Below are positions 63,601-64,000 of a DNA stretch of 64,000 bases, piece by piece. Location of the stretch: NCBI GenBank assembly GCA_030141605.1, contig JAQGDQ010000949.1, positions 13,821 through 77,820 on the forward strand, read 5' to 3'. Positions within the stretch are counted from its first letter, which is position 1. Each line of letters begins with the position of its first letter. The position numbers and the translations under genes are program-made. This DNA comes from Tubiluchus corallicola. Taxonomy: Eukaryota; Animalia; Priapulida. Below the pieces are notes generated by a model. It saw only the letters and a list, made by a program, of their open reading frames with translations. It made no database searches and had not been told where the DNA came from.

Positions 63601-64000
63601 CGTTCAAGAGGTGCAACTCAAGCAAATCACTTATCGTGTAAATATTTAGATTATAATATGTGAAAACGCGCTGTGCGAAAGTGCTGCACTTTCATTTGTT
63701 TGTTTTGAATGTGAAAAACTTTGTGTACGTTTCTGTTATGAAAAATGTGATTATTTTAGAGGAAAATTTTGTAACACGATTTAGTGTGTAATCGGAACAC
63801 GGATTTTGCATGTGAAGTTTGCTTTGTACAACATGAGCATGTGGAGGAATATTATCGTGTGATGTCTTAGTTTTGGCGGGAAGATTTCTATCCGAAGCGC
63901 ACCCTGTCGCTTGCTACATTAATTAATTAAGCGACATTGGCTAACAAAATGCGACACTAGTAACCTTTTCACTGGGATTTACAGGAATATTCGATAATAG

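Overview
AT-rich eukaryotic (most likely invertebrate animal) genomic DNA: spliceosomal GT-AG introns, microsatellites, and many LINE, LTR and DNA-transposon relics. No prokaryotic operons, CRISPR arrays, rRNA or tRNA genes. The first 44 kb holds six genes from four unrelated glycan-modifying families; the five whose N-terminus is visible look like type II membrane (Golgi-type) proteins. They are two near-identical intronless GT-A/GT2-like glycosyltransferases, two intronless FkbM-family methyltransferases, one intronless GT11 alpha-1,2-fucosyltransferase, and a GT8 glucoside-xylosyltransferase-like gene with at least 7 coding exons, assembled here by hand. One methyltransferase lies inside a 12.5-kb segment (901-13437) bounded by two ~1.1-kb LTR-like direct repeats and a 5-bp target-site duplication (ACGGG); the matching empty site is visible next to the second GT copy. 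That segment also holds decayed BEL/Pao gag-pro-RT sequence and a Maverick/Polinton fragment. The last 20 kb is mostly non-coding: MITEs, LINE relics, minisatellites and a satellite with a 4-mer higher-order repeat. All family assignments come from motif recognition by eye; no database search was run.
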